Assembly: GCA_050950825.1 (NCBI GenBank)
Contig: JBMNIH010000007.1
Span: 243,263-307,262 of the forward strand
Direction of reading: 5' to 3'
Length of the DNA stretch: 64,000 nt
Source of the DNA: Clostridia bacterium
GTDB taxonomy: Bacteria; Bacillota; Clostridia; JAAYHZ01
Both the position numbers and the translations under genes were made by a program. The notes beneath the pieces were generated by a model. That model was not told the origin of the DNA, searched no databases, and was given only the letters and a program-made list of their open reading frames with translations. The stretch's first letter is position 1. Each line of letters opens with the position of its first letter. Below are positions 1 through 10,832 of the stretch, piece after piece.

Positions 1-423
1 CCCCACTTCCTTCCAAATACTCGAGCATTTTTCATCCACCAGCTTCTTTACACGTTGCAAAAAGGCCATATCTCCGTTAGGTCCAAGCATGATTTGGCAC
101 CACTCGTGGTTTTTATCAAAGAAGGCAAATACTTTGGTTAGGATATAATACGGATCGGCTTCTTGGAAAAAAGGGGCTTTGATGGGGTCGATCAGTTCGT
201 AAAACTCGTTAAAAAATTCTTCCTCCACCTTTTTGATCATATCAAAGATATCCGTATAGTGGTAGTAGAAAGTACCCCGATTCACGTCCGCCAGATCGCA
301 TAACTCCTTTACCGTGATACTCGAATAAGGCTTTTTTTTAAGCAAAGCAATCAAGCATTCTTTTAGTCTTTTTTTTGTGTGTCGGACGCTTCTGTTCTCC
401 GCTTTCTTGTTTTCCATATCCAT
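1..423 (-). CDS. TetR/AcrR family transcriptional regulator (3' end outside the window)
   Basis: Manual minus-strand translation from ATG at 423: MDMENKKAENRSVRHTKKRLKECLIALLKKKPYSSITVKELCDLADVNRGTFYYHYTDIFD, a TetR N-terminal HTH; divergent from the ABC operon. Confidence 0.85.
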   Translation of the reverse strand, partial: MDMENKKAENRSVRHTKKRLKECLIALLKKKPYSSITVKELCDLADVNRGTFYYHYTDIFDMIKKVEEEFFNEFYELIDPIKAPFFQEADPYYILTKVFAFFDKNHEWCQIMLGPNGDMAFLQRVKKLVDEKCSSIWKEVG

Positions 424-442
424 ATCTTTACCCTTCTTTCGA

Positions 443-456
443 CATAAATATTTATG
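443..456. promoter_or_regulatory. Perfect 14-bp palindrome CATAAATATTTATG, candidate TetR operator
   Basis: Palindrome in the divergent intergenic region between tetR and the ABC genes. Confidence 0.4.
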
Positions 457-568
457 CTTGTTGAGATTTCACCTTTTATAAAAAAGTTGATGATTTAATA
501 AAATGGATAAATATGCTAGACTTGATTGTAGTTCAAAATTCAACACTTGTCAAGTTGGGAGGGGATCT

Positions 569-1273
569 ATGGACTCTTTTGTCCGTTTTGAAAATGTTAC
601 CAAGGAATACCGTGCAGGAGATGTAGTCGTTACCGCACTACAGGGTGTTTCTTTTGAAATCATGAAAGGCGAAATCTGCATTATACTCGGTGAATCCGGA
701 GCCGGAAAGACCACCGTTTTAAATATATTAGGGGGAATGGATACCCTGACTTCAGGGAAAGCGTATTTAGGAGAAAAAGAGATATCTTTATTGAACAAAA
801 AGGAATTAACCGCGTATCGGCGGGAAGATATCGGATTTGTATTCCAATTCTATAATCTGATTCCGAACCTTACCGCCATAGAAAACGTGGAAATTGTGAC
901 CCAGATGATTAAAGATCCTCTGCCTGCGGAACAAGTCTTAAAAGACGTAGGCTTGGAGGACCGCATGTATCATTTTCCTGCCCAGCTTTCCGGAGGCGAG
1001 CAGCAGCGGGTGGCCATTGCCCGAGCATTGGCAAAAAGGCCTCGGCTTTTGTTGTGCGACGAGCCTACGGGCGCCTTGGATTATCGCACCGGAAGGCAGA
1101 TCTTAAAGCTTTTACAGGACCAAAGCCGTAACAACGGAATATCCGTTGTTATCGTTACCCATAACTCGGCTCTTACGGGGATGGCGGACCGCATCATTCG
1201 GTTGAAAAGCGGAAAAGTCGTTTCCATTAAGGAAAACGAACGTGTTCTGTCTGTAGAGGAGATCGAATGGTAA
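569..1273 (+). CDS. ABC transporter ATP-binding protein (LolD/MacB type)
   Basis: Walker A GESGAGKT, signature [15 protein letters not shown], Walker B LLLCDEPT; GGGAGG RBS before ATG 569. Confidence 0.95.
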   Translation: MDSFVRFENVTKEYRAGDVVVTALQGVSFEIMKGEICIILGESGAGKTTVLNILGGMDTLTSGKAYLGEKEISLLNKKELTAYRREDIGFVFQFYNLIPNLTAIENVEIVTQMIKDPLPAEQVLKDVGLEDRMYHFPAQLSGGEQQRVAIARALAKRPRLLLCDEPTGALDYRTGRQILKLLQDQSRNNGISVVIVTHNSALTGMADRIIRLKSGKVVSIKENERVLSVEEIEW

Positions 1274-4200
1274 TGAGAAGAAGTTCGGCATGGAGAAAAA
1301 ACAACCTACGGGAAATTAAAAAAACACCGGGCCGCTATTTTGCCATTCTTGCCATCATCGCATTGGGAGTGGGCTTTTTTTCAGGGTTAATAATTACAAA
1401 ACCGGCCATGGTAAAAACATTGGACAAATACGTAACGGAGCATAAGATGTATGACTTCCGTTTGTTGTCGACGTTAGGCCTTACCGATGAAGACGTAAGC
1501 TTTTTCAATGCAAAAGAAGGAATGACGGCGGAAGGCGCCCTATCCGTCGATTTTATGGCCGCTTTGGATGCAGGGGAAGAGGAAATCATTCTAAAAGCCC
1601 ATTCCGTAACCGAATCGGTAAGCTTGCTTTCGGTCCGGCAGGGTAGGCTTCCGAAGGCCGCTAACGAGTGCGTGCTGGATGCTCGGATGTTTTCGGATGA
1701 CGTTATAGGCACTAAAATTAAAGTATCCGAATCCAACGACAAGGATACGAAGGACCTTTTCGCTTACGACGAATACGAGGTCGTAGGTCTTGTCAATTCG
1801 GTCCATTATATCAGCTACGACCGCGGTACCACCGGCATCGGTACCGGGTCCGTCCATGCCTTCGCATTTATTCCGATTGAAGGCTTTGACGTTGAATATT
1901 TTACGGAAATTCAGCTTTGGCTGCCTCATGATTTTGAAATCTACAGCGAGGAATACGAAGACTTTATATCCTCACGCGAAGAGATTGTAAAGGCCGCTTT
2001 GGAGGAAAGAGCCGATCTTCGCTACAAAAGTATTGTGGACGAAGCAATGGAGAAAATTGCGGACGGCCAAAAGGAATACGATGAGGCGTACGAGGAATAT
2101 TTGAAAGAAAAAGCCGATGCGGAAAAAGAATTGGAAGATGCAAAAAAGGAATTGGAGGATGCCGAAAAGAAAATCCGTGAAGAAGAAGAAAAACTGCTGG
2201 ACGGAGAGAAGAAGCTTCTTGACGGGGAAAAAGAATACCTTGAAGCGGTTAAAGAATACGAGGAATCCTTGGCGGATTTTACTCAAAAGGAAAAGGATGC
2301 TTATGCCGCCTTGGATGCGGCGAAGCAAGAGCTTCAACAACAGCGCCTCCAAGTGGAATCCGGTATATCGCAAATAGAGAAAAGCGGCGTTTTGGAGCAG
2401 TTTGCGCAATTGACGGAAACCATTGCTTCTCTTAAGGAAGCCCTATCGATGATCTCTCCGAGCCTTCCGCAGTACCAAGCATTTAAAATGCAGCTGGCTC
2501 AAGCGGAGGTAGCCCTTCAAAGGATTCATGAATCCGGAGCTCTTGTGCAATACGAGCAATTAAAAGGCGCTCTTGTTCAGATCGAAGAAGGAGAAGTCCG
2601 TTGGGAAAGAGAAAAAGAAATGACCGTCCAAATGCTGGAGGAGGGAAAAGCAAAGCTTTCGGAGGGAAAGATCAGGCTGGATGATGCAAAAGCGGAAATC
2701 GATAAAAACAAAAAGGACATTGAGGAAGGCAAGAAAGCCATCCAAGAGGCAAAGGAGGAATACGAAAAAGGCCTTTTGGACTATGAGAAGGGTAAAAAGG
2801 AAGCCGACGAGGCATTTCAAGAAGCGGAAGAAGAATTGGCCAAGGCTTTAAAAGATTTGGAGAATGCTCGTAAAGAGGTGGAAGACATTCCGAAGCCGAA
2901 AACCTTCATTTTGGACCGTACCTACAACCAAGGATATGCGTCTTTTGAAAACGATTCCTCCATCTTGGAGGGTATCGGAAAGGTCCTTCCCGTTTTCTTT
3001 TTCTTGGTGGCCGCCATGGTATGCTCCGTCACCATGACCCGAATGACCGATGAACACCGTACCCAAATCGGTACGCTAAAAGCTTTAGGGTACGGCGACT
3101 TTAAGATCGCGCGAAAATACATGACCTATGCCGGCAGTGCCGCGTTGATCGGCTGTGTGATCGGGTATTTTATGGGAACGAAATATTTCCCGATGGCCAT
3201 ATGGGCAGCCTACAGCATGATTTACGATATTTCTTCCATTGCATATATCCACGACATACGGCTGGCAGTCATTTCTTTGGCGGTTTCTTTCCTTTGCTCA
3301 GTAGGGGTTACGTATGTATCCTGCAAAAGCGAGCTTTTACAGATGCCGGCCGAGTTAATAAGGCCGAAGGCGCCCAAGCCCGGAAAACGGGTTTTATTGG
3401 AGAGAATTCCCGTCATTTGGAGTCGACTTCGGTTTGTACAAAAAGTGTCCATTCGCAATATATTCCGGTATAAGCGGAGGCTTTTGATGACGGTTTTGGG
3501 GGTTGCAGGGTGCATGTCCATGGTTGTGGCGGCTCTTGGAATCAAGAACTCCGTCAGCAATGTGGTCAACGACCAGTTTGACAACATCATGATTTACGAC
3601 TTTAACATCCGGTTTTCCGAAGGACAAACCTCGGCGGAAAGAGCGGAATTCATAAAAACCTACAAGGACGTATTATCGGAATGCGCATTCGTTTTGGAAA
3701 GCGATATCGAAGCGGTGAAAGGCGAAAGTATAAAAACCGTTACGATGGTGGCTACCGATGACCCGAATATCACTTCCGTGGTTCGGCTGTATTCGAAAAG
3801 CGGAAATATGCCCTATCCTTCCGACGGAAAAGCGGTGTTAAGCCATCGATTGGCGGAAAATTTCAATATTGCGGTAGGAGATACGATCACCGTTCGGATC
3901 AATGACCTTGAAACGGCGGATATTCCCGTGGAGGGCATCTTTGAAAACTATATGGGCAACTTCTTGTTTATGACCGGTAATACCTACAAAGCCTTTTTCG
4001 AAAAAGAGCCCTCTTACCAAAACGCCTATGCTTCTACCGACAAGGAGGATCTGTATTCCGTATCCGCCTTGCTGACCAACGACGACAGCGTGGCCTCCGT
4101 AACGGTTCTTTACGATTTGAGAGTGATGGTGGACAATATGATGGAAAGCCTGAACCGAGTCGTAACCTTGGTCATCTTTTGCGCGGCGGCCTTAAGCTTT

Positions 4201-4551
4201 GTCGTGATTTACAATCTGAATAACATCAACATTACGGAACGGGCTCGGGAGATTGCCACCATAAAAGTGCTAGGCTTTTATCCTTATGAGACGGAAGAAT
4301 ATATTTTCCGCGAAACGCTCATATTGACGGCTATCAGTGTCATAATAGGATTAGGCTTGGGTAAATTGCTCCATCAATTTGTGATGGACCAAATCCGGGT
4401 GGATGCGGTTTCCTTTAAGTATCGAATTTTATGGAGCAGCTATTTCATCGGTGCCGCGGTCACCTTCGTTATCACCTTCCTTGTGAATTTGATGCTGAGG
4501 AAGAAGATCGACAACATTAAACCGGCGGAATCGCTGAAATCCGTTGAATAG
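1267..4551 (+). CDS. FtsX-like ABC transporter permease with long coiled-coil extracytoplasmic insert
   Basis: Two FtsX-type TM blocks (QIGTLKALGY; ERAREIATIKVLGF), E/K-rich coiled coil, overlaps the ATPase gene. Confidence 0.92.
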   Translation: MVMRRSSAWRKNNLREIKKTPGRYFAILAIIALGVGFFSGLIITKPAMVKTLDKYVTEHKMYDFRLLSTLGLTDEDVSFFNAKEGMTAEGALSVDFMAALDAGEEEIILKAHSVTESVSLLSVRQGRLPKAANECVLDARMFSDDVIGTKIKVSESNDKDTKDLFAYDEYEVVGLVNSVHYISYDRGTTGIGTGSVHAFAFIPIEGFDVEYFTEIQLWLPHDFEIYSEEYEDFISSREEIVKAALEERADLRYKSIVDEAMEKIADGQKEYDEAYEEYLKEKADAEKELEDAKKELEDAEKKIREEEEKLLDGEKKLLDGEKEYLEAVKEYEESLADFTQKEKDAYAALDAAKQELQQQRLQVESGISQIEKSGVLEQFAQLTETIASLKEALSMISPSLPQYQAFKMQLAQAEVALQRIHESGALVQYEQLKGALVQIEEGEVRWEREKEMTVQMLEEGKAKLSEGKIRLDDAKAEIDKNKKDIEEGKKAIQEAKEEYEKGLLDYEKGKKEADEAFQEAEEELAKALKDLENARKEVEDIPKPKTFILDRTYNQGYASFENDSSILEGIGKVLPVFFFLVAAMVCSVTMTRMTDEHRTQIGTLKALGYGDFKIARKYMTYAGSAALIGCVIGYFMGTKYFPMAIWAAYSMIYDISSIAYIHDIRLAVISLAVSFLCSVGVTYVSCKSELLQMPAELIRPKAPKPGKRVLLERIPVIWSRLRFVQKVSIRNIFRYKRRLLMTVLGVAGCMSMVVAALGIKNSVSNVVNDQFDNIMIYDFNIRFSEGQTSAERAEFIKTYKDVLSECAFVLESDIEAVKGESIKTVTMVATDDPNITSVVRLYSKSGNMPYPSDGKAVLSHRLAENFNIAVGDTITVRINDLETADIPVEGIFENYMGNFLFMTGNTYKAFFEKEPSYQNAYASTDKEDLYSVSALLTNDDSVASVTVLYDLRVMVDNMMESLNRVVTLVIFCAAALSFVVIYNLNNINITERAREIATIKVLGFYPYETEEYIFRETLILTAISVIIGLGLGKLLHQFVMDQIRVDAVSFKYRILWSSYFIGAAVTFVITFLVNLMLRKKIDNIKPAESLKSVE

Positions 4552-4770
4552 ATCGAAGATAAGGAAGAATTTACCAAATGAACGCTCACTCACTAAATTT
4601 TACCATAACAAAATTAGACTGCCAATTTCTTAAAAAACGTATTAAATGTTACGGACATAAAAGACAAGTTATGGTAAGATAAGAAGGGAATGACGTTCGA
4701 AGGCATGATTTTCGAATAGTCGGAAACCGTAAGGGAGTACACCTTTTCTAAACGACGGGAGGTTTGCAGT

Positions 4771-5964
4771 ATGAGCTTTAAAATTAGCGATACGATTACT
4801 TGGACGGGTAAAATCGATTGGGAATTGAACCGATTTCACGGAGACGAGTACTCCGTTCATCGAGGAACATCCTACAACTCGTATTTAATTCGTGACGAAA
4901 AGACCGTTTTGATCGATACGGTTTGGGCGCCTTTTGCCAAAGAATTCGTTGAAAACTTGAAAAAAGAAATCGATCTTGACGAAATCGACTATATAATCGC
5001 CAACCACGGTGAAATCGATCACAGCGGGGCCCTTCCCGAATTGATGCGATATATACCGGACAAGCCCATTTACTGCACAAAAAATGCCGTTCGATCCATC
5101 AAAGGCCACCATCATGAGGATTGGAATTTTGTTGAAGTAAAGACGGGAGATACGCTGGATATCGGGAAGAACAAGCTGGTTTTCGTGGAAGCCCGCATGC
5201 TGCATTGGCCGGATACCATGATGACGTATATGGCCGGAGAAAACGTTTTGTTCAGCAACGACGCTTTTGGGCAGCATTACGCCTCGGAGCTCATGTTTAA
5301 CGATTTGGTTGACCGAGAGGAATTGTACCGTGAGGCCATGAAGTATTACGCCAACATATTGACGCCTTTCAGCCCTTTGGTGACGAAGAAGATTCAAGAA
5401 GTGATAGACATGAATATACCCATCAACATGATTTGTCCGAGTCACGGAATCATTTGGAGGGACAACCCCTTACAGATCGTAGAGACCTATCTGAAGTGGG
5501 CGGCCGATTACCAAGAAAACCAAATCGTCATCGTATACGATACCATGTGGAACGGCACACGCAAAATGGCGGAGGCCATTGCGGAAGGGATCAAGGAAGC
5601 GGACAAGGATGTGACCGTAAAGCTTTTCAACAGCGCAAAACGAGATAAGAACGACATCTTGACCGAGATTTTTAAATCCAAAGCATTCTTGATCGGTTCA
5701 CCTACCATCAACAAGGGATTGGCTCATTCGATCGGCGGACTTTTGGAAATGATGAGAGGATTAGGCTTCAAGAATAAGAAAGCGGCAAGCTTCGGAAGCT
5801 ACGGCTGGAGTGGGGAAGGTATAAAATTAATTACCCAAGCTTTGAAGGAAGCGGGTATAGCGACGGTGGACGACGGCATAAGGGAATTGTGGAACCCGGA
5901 TGATGAAGCGAAAGAGCGCTTGAAAGCGTACGGGAAAAATTTCGTAGAAGCGATAAAGGCTTAA
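4771..5964 (+). CDS. fprA: Flavodiiron protein (FprA/rubredoxin:O2/NO oxidoreductase family)
   Basis: GTSYNSYLI, HGEIDHSG, HWPD, FSNDAFGQH, CPSHG; flavodoxin domain TMWNGT and FGSYGWSG. Confidence 0.93.
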   Translation: MSFKISDTITWTGKIDWELNRFHGDEYSVHRGTSYNSYLIRDEKTVLIDTVWAPFAKEFVENLKKEIDLDEIDYIIANHGEIDHSGALPELMRYIPDKPIYCTKNAVRSIKGHHHEDWNFVEVKTGDTLDIGKNKLVFVEARMLHWPDTMMTYMAGENVLFSNDAFGQHYASELMFNDLVDREELYREAMKYYANILTPFSPLVTKKIQEVIDMNIPINMICPSHGIIWRDNPLQIVETYLKWAADYQENQIVIVYDTMWNGTRKMAEAIAEGIKEADKDVTVKLFNSAKRDKNDILTEIFKSKAFLIGSPTINKGLAHSIGGLLEMMRGLGFKNKKAASFGSYGWSGEGIKLITQALKEAGIATVDDGIRELWNPDDEAKERLKAYGKNFVEAIKA

Positions 5965-5989
5965 CGAGCTTGCGGCAAGCTTATTTAAC

Positions 5990-6011
5990 AAGAGGCGGAA
6001 AAGCCTCTTTT
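5990..6011 (+). terminator. Intrinsic terminator after fprA
   Basis: AGAGGC-ggaaaa-GCCTCT followed by T run. Confidence 0.5.
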
Positions 6012-6181
6012 CTTGTGGATTTTTGGCGAATCGAGGCCAAGTTTTTCGGTTTCCTCGGTTCCTCCGGTCCTTTGCTTGAAAGGGAAGCTTTCGGTGTGAT
6101 AGAATACTTAATAATAATAAGGAACAACAAAGCAAAGAACCTAAATAGGTGCATTTTGATACGGCACGGTAGGGGGTACAT

Positions 6182-7351
6182 ATGATACTGATTAAAAATG
6201 CCAAGATCTTGACCATGGCGGGTAAAAATATCGAATCCGGATATATTATTATCCGAGACGGAAAAATTCGACAACTGGGAACCGATGCGGACATGCCGTC
6301 GGAAACCGGATTTGAAAAGGTGATTGACGCCCACGGAGGCTACGTTTTGCCCGGGTTTGTGGATGCCCACTGTCATATCGGAATGTGGGAAGACGGAGTC
6401 GGCCAAGAAGGAGCCGACGGAAACGAAGCGACGGATCCGGTAACGCCTCAATTGAAGGCCATTGACGGCATCTTTTTTAAAGACAATTGCTTTAACGAAG
6501 CAAGAGAAGCCGGAGTCACCGTCTGCGTCACCGGTCCCGGGAGCGCTAACGTCATAGGCGGCCAATTTGCCGCGGTGAAAACACTGCCGGGTACCCCGGA
6601 CGATATGATCTTAAGCGACTGTATTGCCATGAAGATGGCTTTCGGCGAAAATCCGAAGAGAGTGTACGGCGGACAGAATAAATGCCCTTCCACCCGTATG
6701 GGAACGGCGGCCATTATCCGAGAAAGCCTGTTAATGGCGGATGAATACCAAAGAAAAATCGAACAGGCGAAGGAAAGCAACGAATCCAAAAAGCCGGATT
6801 TTAATTATAAATATGAGAGCTTGGCGAAGGTACTGGGCGGAAGGCTTCTTGTAAAGGCTCATGCCCACAGGCAGGACGACATCATAACCGCCATTCGTGT
6901 TGCAAGAGAATTCAATCTTCATATGACGATTGAACACGGTACCGAAGGATACTTGATTTCGGAGTACATAAAGAATGCGAATTTCGGCGTCATAGCAGGG
7001 CCGATCATAAGCGATCGCAGTAAAATCGAGCTTCGAAACCAAAGTCCGAAAAATCCCGGAATATTGGCGAAAGCCGGAATCTTAACCGCCATTATGACGG
7101 ACCATCCGGTGATTCCCATCCAATACCTTCCCTTGTGCGCCACCGTGGCTTACAAGGCGGGAATGGACGAGGAAGAAGCGTTGAAGGCCATTACCATCAA
7201 TGCGGCGAAGCTCACAGGAATCGACCATCGGGTAGGAAGCATAGAGCCCGGAAAGGATGCGGATATTTCCGTATTCGACGGACATCCTTTCGAATTCCGA
7301 ACAAAATTACGCTATGTATTTATAAACGGTAAATTGGTACATGAGGGATAA
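6182..7351 (+). CDS. Amidohydrolase family protein
   Basis: PGFVDAHCH metal motif, KMAFGENPK, HAHR, TDHP, GSIEPGKDAD. Confidence 0.9.
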   Translation: MILIKNAKILTMAGKNIESGYIIIRDGKIRQLGTDADMPSETGFEKVIDAHGGYVLPGFVDAHCHIGMWEDGVGQEGADGNEATDPVTPQLKAIDGIFFKDNCFNEAREAGVTVCVTGPGSANVIGGQFAAVKTLPGTPDDMILSDCIAMKMAFGENPKRVYGGQNKCPSTRMGTAAIIRESLLMADEYQRKIEQAKESNESKKPDFNYKYESLAKVLGGRLLVKAHAHRQDDIITAIRVAREFNLHMTIEHGTEGYLISEYIKNANFGVIAGPIISDRSKIELRNQSPKNPGILAKAGILTAIMTDHPVIPIQYLPLCATVAYKAGMDEEEALKAITINAAKLTGIDHRVGSIEPGKDADISVFDGHPFEFRTKLRYVFINGKLVHEG

Positions 7352-7835
7352 ATATATTCGGACAATTGAAACCCGCAACGAAGAAGAAACGAAGGCGTTC
7401 GGGAAGTTTTTAGGTGAACATGCCAAGGCCGGGGATACCTTTTGTTTGACCGGCGATTTGGGCAGCGGAAAAACCGTATTGACAAAAGGAATAGCGGAAG
7501 GCTTGGGGTTGTCCGACGAAGTGACAAGCCCTACATTCGCCTTAATGAACATTTATCAAGGCGAGGTTCCGCTGTATCATTTCGATGTTTATCGCTTGGA
7601 GGATCCCTCCATGATCGCGGATATCGGTTTTTACGATTTCGTAGGAAGCGACGGCGTATCGGTTATCGAATGGGCGGACCTTATACAAGACTATTTGCCG
7701 GACGGATACATTCGACTGGATATCAAAAGGGATTTTAAAACCGGAAGCGACCGAAGGGTCATAACGGTGTATCAAAAAGGAGAGAGCATGGCCCACGTCC
7801 TGCATGCATTAGAGGAACGGGAGAAAGAACTATGA
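7341..7835 (+). CDS. tsaE: tRNA threonylcarbamoyladenosine biosynthesis ATPase TsaE
   Basis: GDLGSGKT, VTSPTF, YHFDVYRL, VIEWAD. Confidence 0.95.
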   Translation: MRDKYIRTIETRNEEETKAFGKFLGEHAKAGDTFCLTGDLGSGKTVLTKGIAEGLGLSDEVTSPTFALMNIYQGEVPLYHFDVYRLEDPSMIADIGFYDFVGSDGVSVIEWADLIQDYLPDGYIRLDIKRDFKTGSDRRVITVYQKGESMAHVLHALEEREKEL

Positions 7836-8521
7836 TTGTATTGGCCGTTGATACTGCAACCAAAGCGGCTTCGGCCGCCTTAATTGATAACGGGGAAATC
7901 CGTTCGGAGTTTTTGATCAACAATCGAACGATGCATTCGAGAAATTTAATGCCTTTGGTGGAGGAAGCGGTCAAGGCCGCCGGCATCAAGAAGTCGGATA
8001 TCGATTTGTTTGCTTCCACCGTCGGACCCGGATCCTTTACCGGAGTTCGAATCGGGGTTGCAACCGTGAAGGCTATGGCATACGCATTGAAAAAGCCCGT
8101 CGTAGGCATCAACACGTTGGACTGCTTGGCATATGATGTCTGCGAATACGAGAAATTGATTTGCCCCGTTTTGGATGCGAGAAACGAACAGGTTTTTTGT
8201 GCCGTATATCGTAAGGACGAGAACAATACCTTGGAACGCCTGACCGACTACATGGGTATTCCCATAGAGGAGCTGATGGAACTTTTGGAAGGCTATCAAA
8301 AAGACGTCATTTTTACGGGAGATGCCTATGAAATGTGCCTCCGCCGAGAGCCTTCTCGAAAATTTAGAAAGTACGGTGTTCACCGCGGCGCCTATATGCC
8401 TAAAGCTTCTACGGTAGGACTGATGGCCCTTCATGAGCCTTTCACGGATCCCGCTCTTTTAAAGCCGTTTTATCTACGAATGTCTCAAGCCGAAAGATTA
8501 ATGGGTAGCAAAAATGAGTGA
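7832..8521 (+). CDS. tsaB: t6A biosynthesis protein TsaB
   Basis: LAVDTAT, GPGSFTGVRIG, DAR, LKPFYLR. Confidence 0.95.
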   Translation: MIVLAVDTATKAASAALIDNGEIRSEFLINNRTMHSRNLMPLVEEAVKAAGIKKSDIDLFASTVGPGSFTGVRIGVATVKAMAYALKKPVVGINTLDCLAYDVCEYEKLICPVLDARNEQVFCAVYRKDENNTLERLTDYMGIPIEELMELLEGYQKDVIFTGDAYEMCLRREPSRKFRKYGVHRGAYMPKASTVGLMALHEPFTDPALLKPFYLRMSQAERLMGSKNE

Positions 8522-8969
8522 TCGAATACGCATCGTAAGAAGCAATGATAGTCATATTGACGGTATCTATGAAATTGAAAAGTCCGTATTCGCCGTTCCT
8601 TGGTCGAAAAAGGCTTTGTATGAAGATATCGTGGAAAATATCTTATCCTATTACGTTACCGCTTTGTCGGAAAAGGAAAAACGCGTTGTGGGATACGGCG
8701 GAATGTGGCTGGTACAGGATGAGGCACATGTAACCAATATTGCCGTTGACAAGGCTTTTCAAGGGAAGGGCGTAGGCTCGGCCATCTTAGAAGCGTTGAT
8801 CCGAAAGTGCGAAATTTCCGGGATCCGGTATATGACCTTGGAGGTTCGGGAAAGCAACTATGTGGCTCAACGTCTTTACCAAAAGTTCGGATTCAAGGCG
8901 GAAGGGATTCGCAAAGGATATTACTCGGATAATAAAAAGGATGCGATTATCATGTGGAAGTATTTGTGA
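8514..8969 (+). CDS. rimI: Ribosomal protein S18-alanine N-acetyltransferase
   Basis: GNAT QGKGVG, LEVRESN, RKGYYSDNKKDAIIM; tsaE-tsaB-rimI synteny. Confidence 0.92.
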   Translation: MSDRIRIVRSNDSHIDGIYEIEKSVFAVPWSKKALYEDIVENILSYYVTALSEKEKRVVGYGGMWLVQDEAHVTNIAVDKAFQGKGVGSAILEALIRKCEISGIRYMTLEVRESNYVAQRLYQKFGFKAEGIRKGYYSDNKKDAIIMWKYL

Positions 8970-9003
8970 GTATTGCCTTTGGAAAGCGGGGGATTCATCG
9001 TAA

Positions 9004-10821
9004 ATGTTTGACATACGGGAAGAACTGAAAACATTGCCTGAATTGCCGGGCGTTTATTTGATGAAAAACGCTTCCGGAAAAATCATATATATCGGAAAAG
9101 CCCGCGTACTTAAAAACAGAGTGAAGCAGTATTTCACGGGAACCCATGATCCGAAAACCTCCGCTTTGGTGGACAGGATCAAGTCCTTTGAATATATCGT
9201 AACCGATAACGAAGTAGAGGCATTGATTTTGGAATCCACGTTGATAAAAAAGCACATGCCCTACTACAACATACTGCTGAAAGACGACAAGTCCTTTCCG
9301 TATCTTCGCGTAGACACGGAAGCCTATTTCCCTACCGTTACCATTGTTCGGAGACCGGCGGAGGACGGTGCCAAATATTTCGGCCCTTTTCACATCAGCG
9401 CCACCAATTTGAATCGTACGCTGAACATTTTGAAAAAAGCTTTTCCCATAAGGTCGTGCAATAAACAGTTGGACGGTAAAGATATTCTTCGACCTTGCTT
9501 GAATTACCACATTAAAAAGTGTGCCGGAGCCTGTGCAGGATATATATCCCGGGAAGAGTACTTGGCTTACGTCAAACATATCATCGATTTTTTTTCAGGA
9601 AAACACGAGGACATTGTAAAATCTCTTGAAAAAGAAATGCTGGAAGCTTCGGATGATCTGGATTTTGAGAAAGCGGCGGATTTAAGAGATAAAATCGGAT
9701 TGATAAAGTCGGTAACGGAAAGGCAAAAAATCGTATCCGTGGGCGGCGAAGACGAAGACTATATCGCCATTTATTCGGAGTACGATCTTTGCTGTATCGC
9801 CGTCTTTTACGTTCGAGACGGCAAGGTATCGGACAAAAGGGAGTTTATCCAAAAAAACATATTGGGAGAGCCTATAGAGACGGTGCTCGACTCCTTTATG
9901 AAGCAATACTATACTTCCGAAACCTTGGTTCCGAAAACCATTGTTGTCAATGTAGAGCCCCCCGATTCGGAGCTGATTCAAAAATGGCTTTCGGAAATGA
10001 CGGGAAGGTCCGTAACGATCAAAGTACCCCAAAGAGGAAAGAAAAAAGAGATGATCGATATGGTCCTTCAAAATGCGCAGATCCATTTGAAGAATACTTG
10101 CTTAAGGCAGAGTAATGCGAGAATGATCGCCGAAGAAGGCTTACACGGCTTGAAGGAGCTTTTGGACCTTGAAGATATACCGGTTCGAATCGAGGCCTAT
10201 GATGTATCCAATTTCGGCTCCTCCCATATTGTTGCGGGAAGAATCGTATACATCAACGGAAAAAAGGAGCCTTCCCAATACCGCAGGTACAAAATCCGAG
10301 GAACCGATTCCCAAGACGACTACCTTTCCATGTCCGAAGTCCTTCGAAGAAGGTTCAAGGGCGGAAAGGATTCCGAGGATATGCCGGATTTGATTTTAAT
10401 CGATGGCGGAAAAGGCCATGTAGCTGCCGTATCCAAGGTCTTGCGGGAATGCGGTTTGTCTCATTTAAAGATTGCCGGTATGGTAAAGGACGACAAGCAT
10501 AAAACCGCAGGGCTTATCACCCCGGAGGGACCTGTGGATATGAGCGGTCATATGCCGGTGTTAAGGTTTTTGTCCGGTATACAAGAGGAGACCCACCGAT
10601 ACGCCATTGCCTACAGCCGCTTGCTGACCGAAAAAGCCATGCGGGAGTCGGCTTTAGACGATATACCGGGGATAGGACCGACACGGAAAAAAGCGCTTTT
10701 AAAGGCGTTCCAATCGGTAGATAAGATTAAGAAAGCAAGCACGGAAGAGCTTAAGAAAGTAAAAGGAATCACGGAACAAGTAGCGGAAAACATTTATCAT
10801 TATTTCAATGAAGACGAGTAG
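9004..10821 (+). CDS. uvrC: Excinuclease ABC subunit C
   Basis: GIY-YIG PGVYLM..IYIGKA, UVR domain, RIEAYDVSN, PDLILIDGG, C-terminal HhH. Confidence 0.97.
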   Translation: MFDIREELKTLPELPGVYLMKNASGKIIYIGKARVLKNRVKQYFTGTHDPKTSALVDRIKSFEYIVTDNEVEALILESTLIKKHMPYYNILLKDDKSFPYLRVDTEAYFPTVTIVRRPAEDGAKYFGPFHISATNLNRTLNILKKAFPIRSCNKQLDGKDILRPCLNYHIKKCAGACAGYISREEYLAYVKHIIDFFSGKHEDIVKSLEKEMLEASDDLDFEKAADLRDKIGLIKSVTERQKIVSVGGEDEDYIAIYSEYDLCCIAVFYVRDGKVSDKREFIQKNILGEPIETVLDSFMKQYYTSETLVPKTIVVNVEPPDSELIQKWLSEMTGRSVTIKVPQRGKKKEMIDMVLQNAQIHLKNTCLRQSNARMIAEEGLHGLKELLDLEDIPVRIEAYDVSNFGSSHIVAGRIVYINGKKEPSQYRRYKIRGTDSQDDYLSMSEVLRRRFKGGKDSEDMPDLILIDGGKGHVAAVSKVLRECGLSHLKIAGMVKDDKHKTAGLITPEGPVDMSGHMPVLRFLSGIQEETHRYAIAYSRLLTEKAMRESALDDIPGIGPTRKKALLKAFQSVDKIKKASTEELKKVKGITEQVAENIYHYFNEDE

Positions 10822-10832
10822 ACGGTGAGAGC

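Noticed and set aside
2030-2890. Repetitive E/K-rich stretch in the permease as a repeat element
   Set aside because: Coiled-coil coding bias common in this permease family; no DNA-level repeat unit
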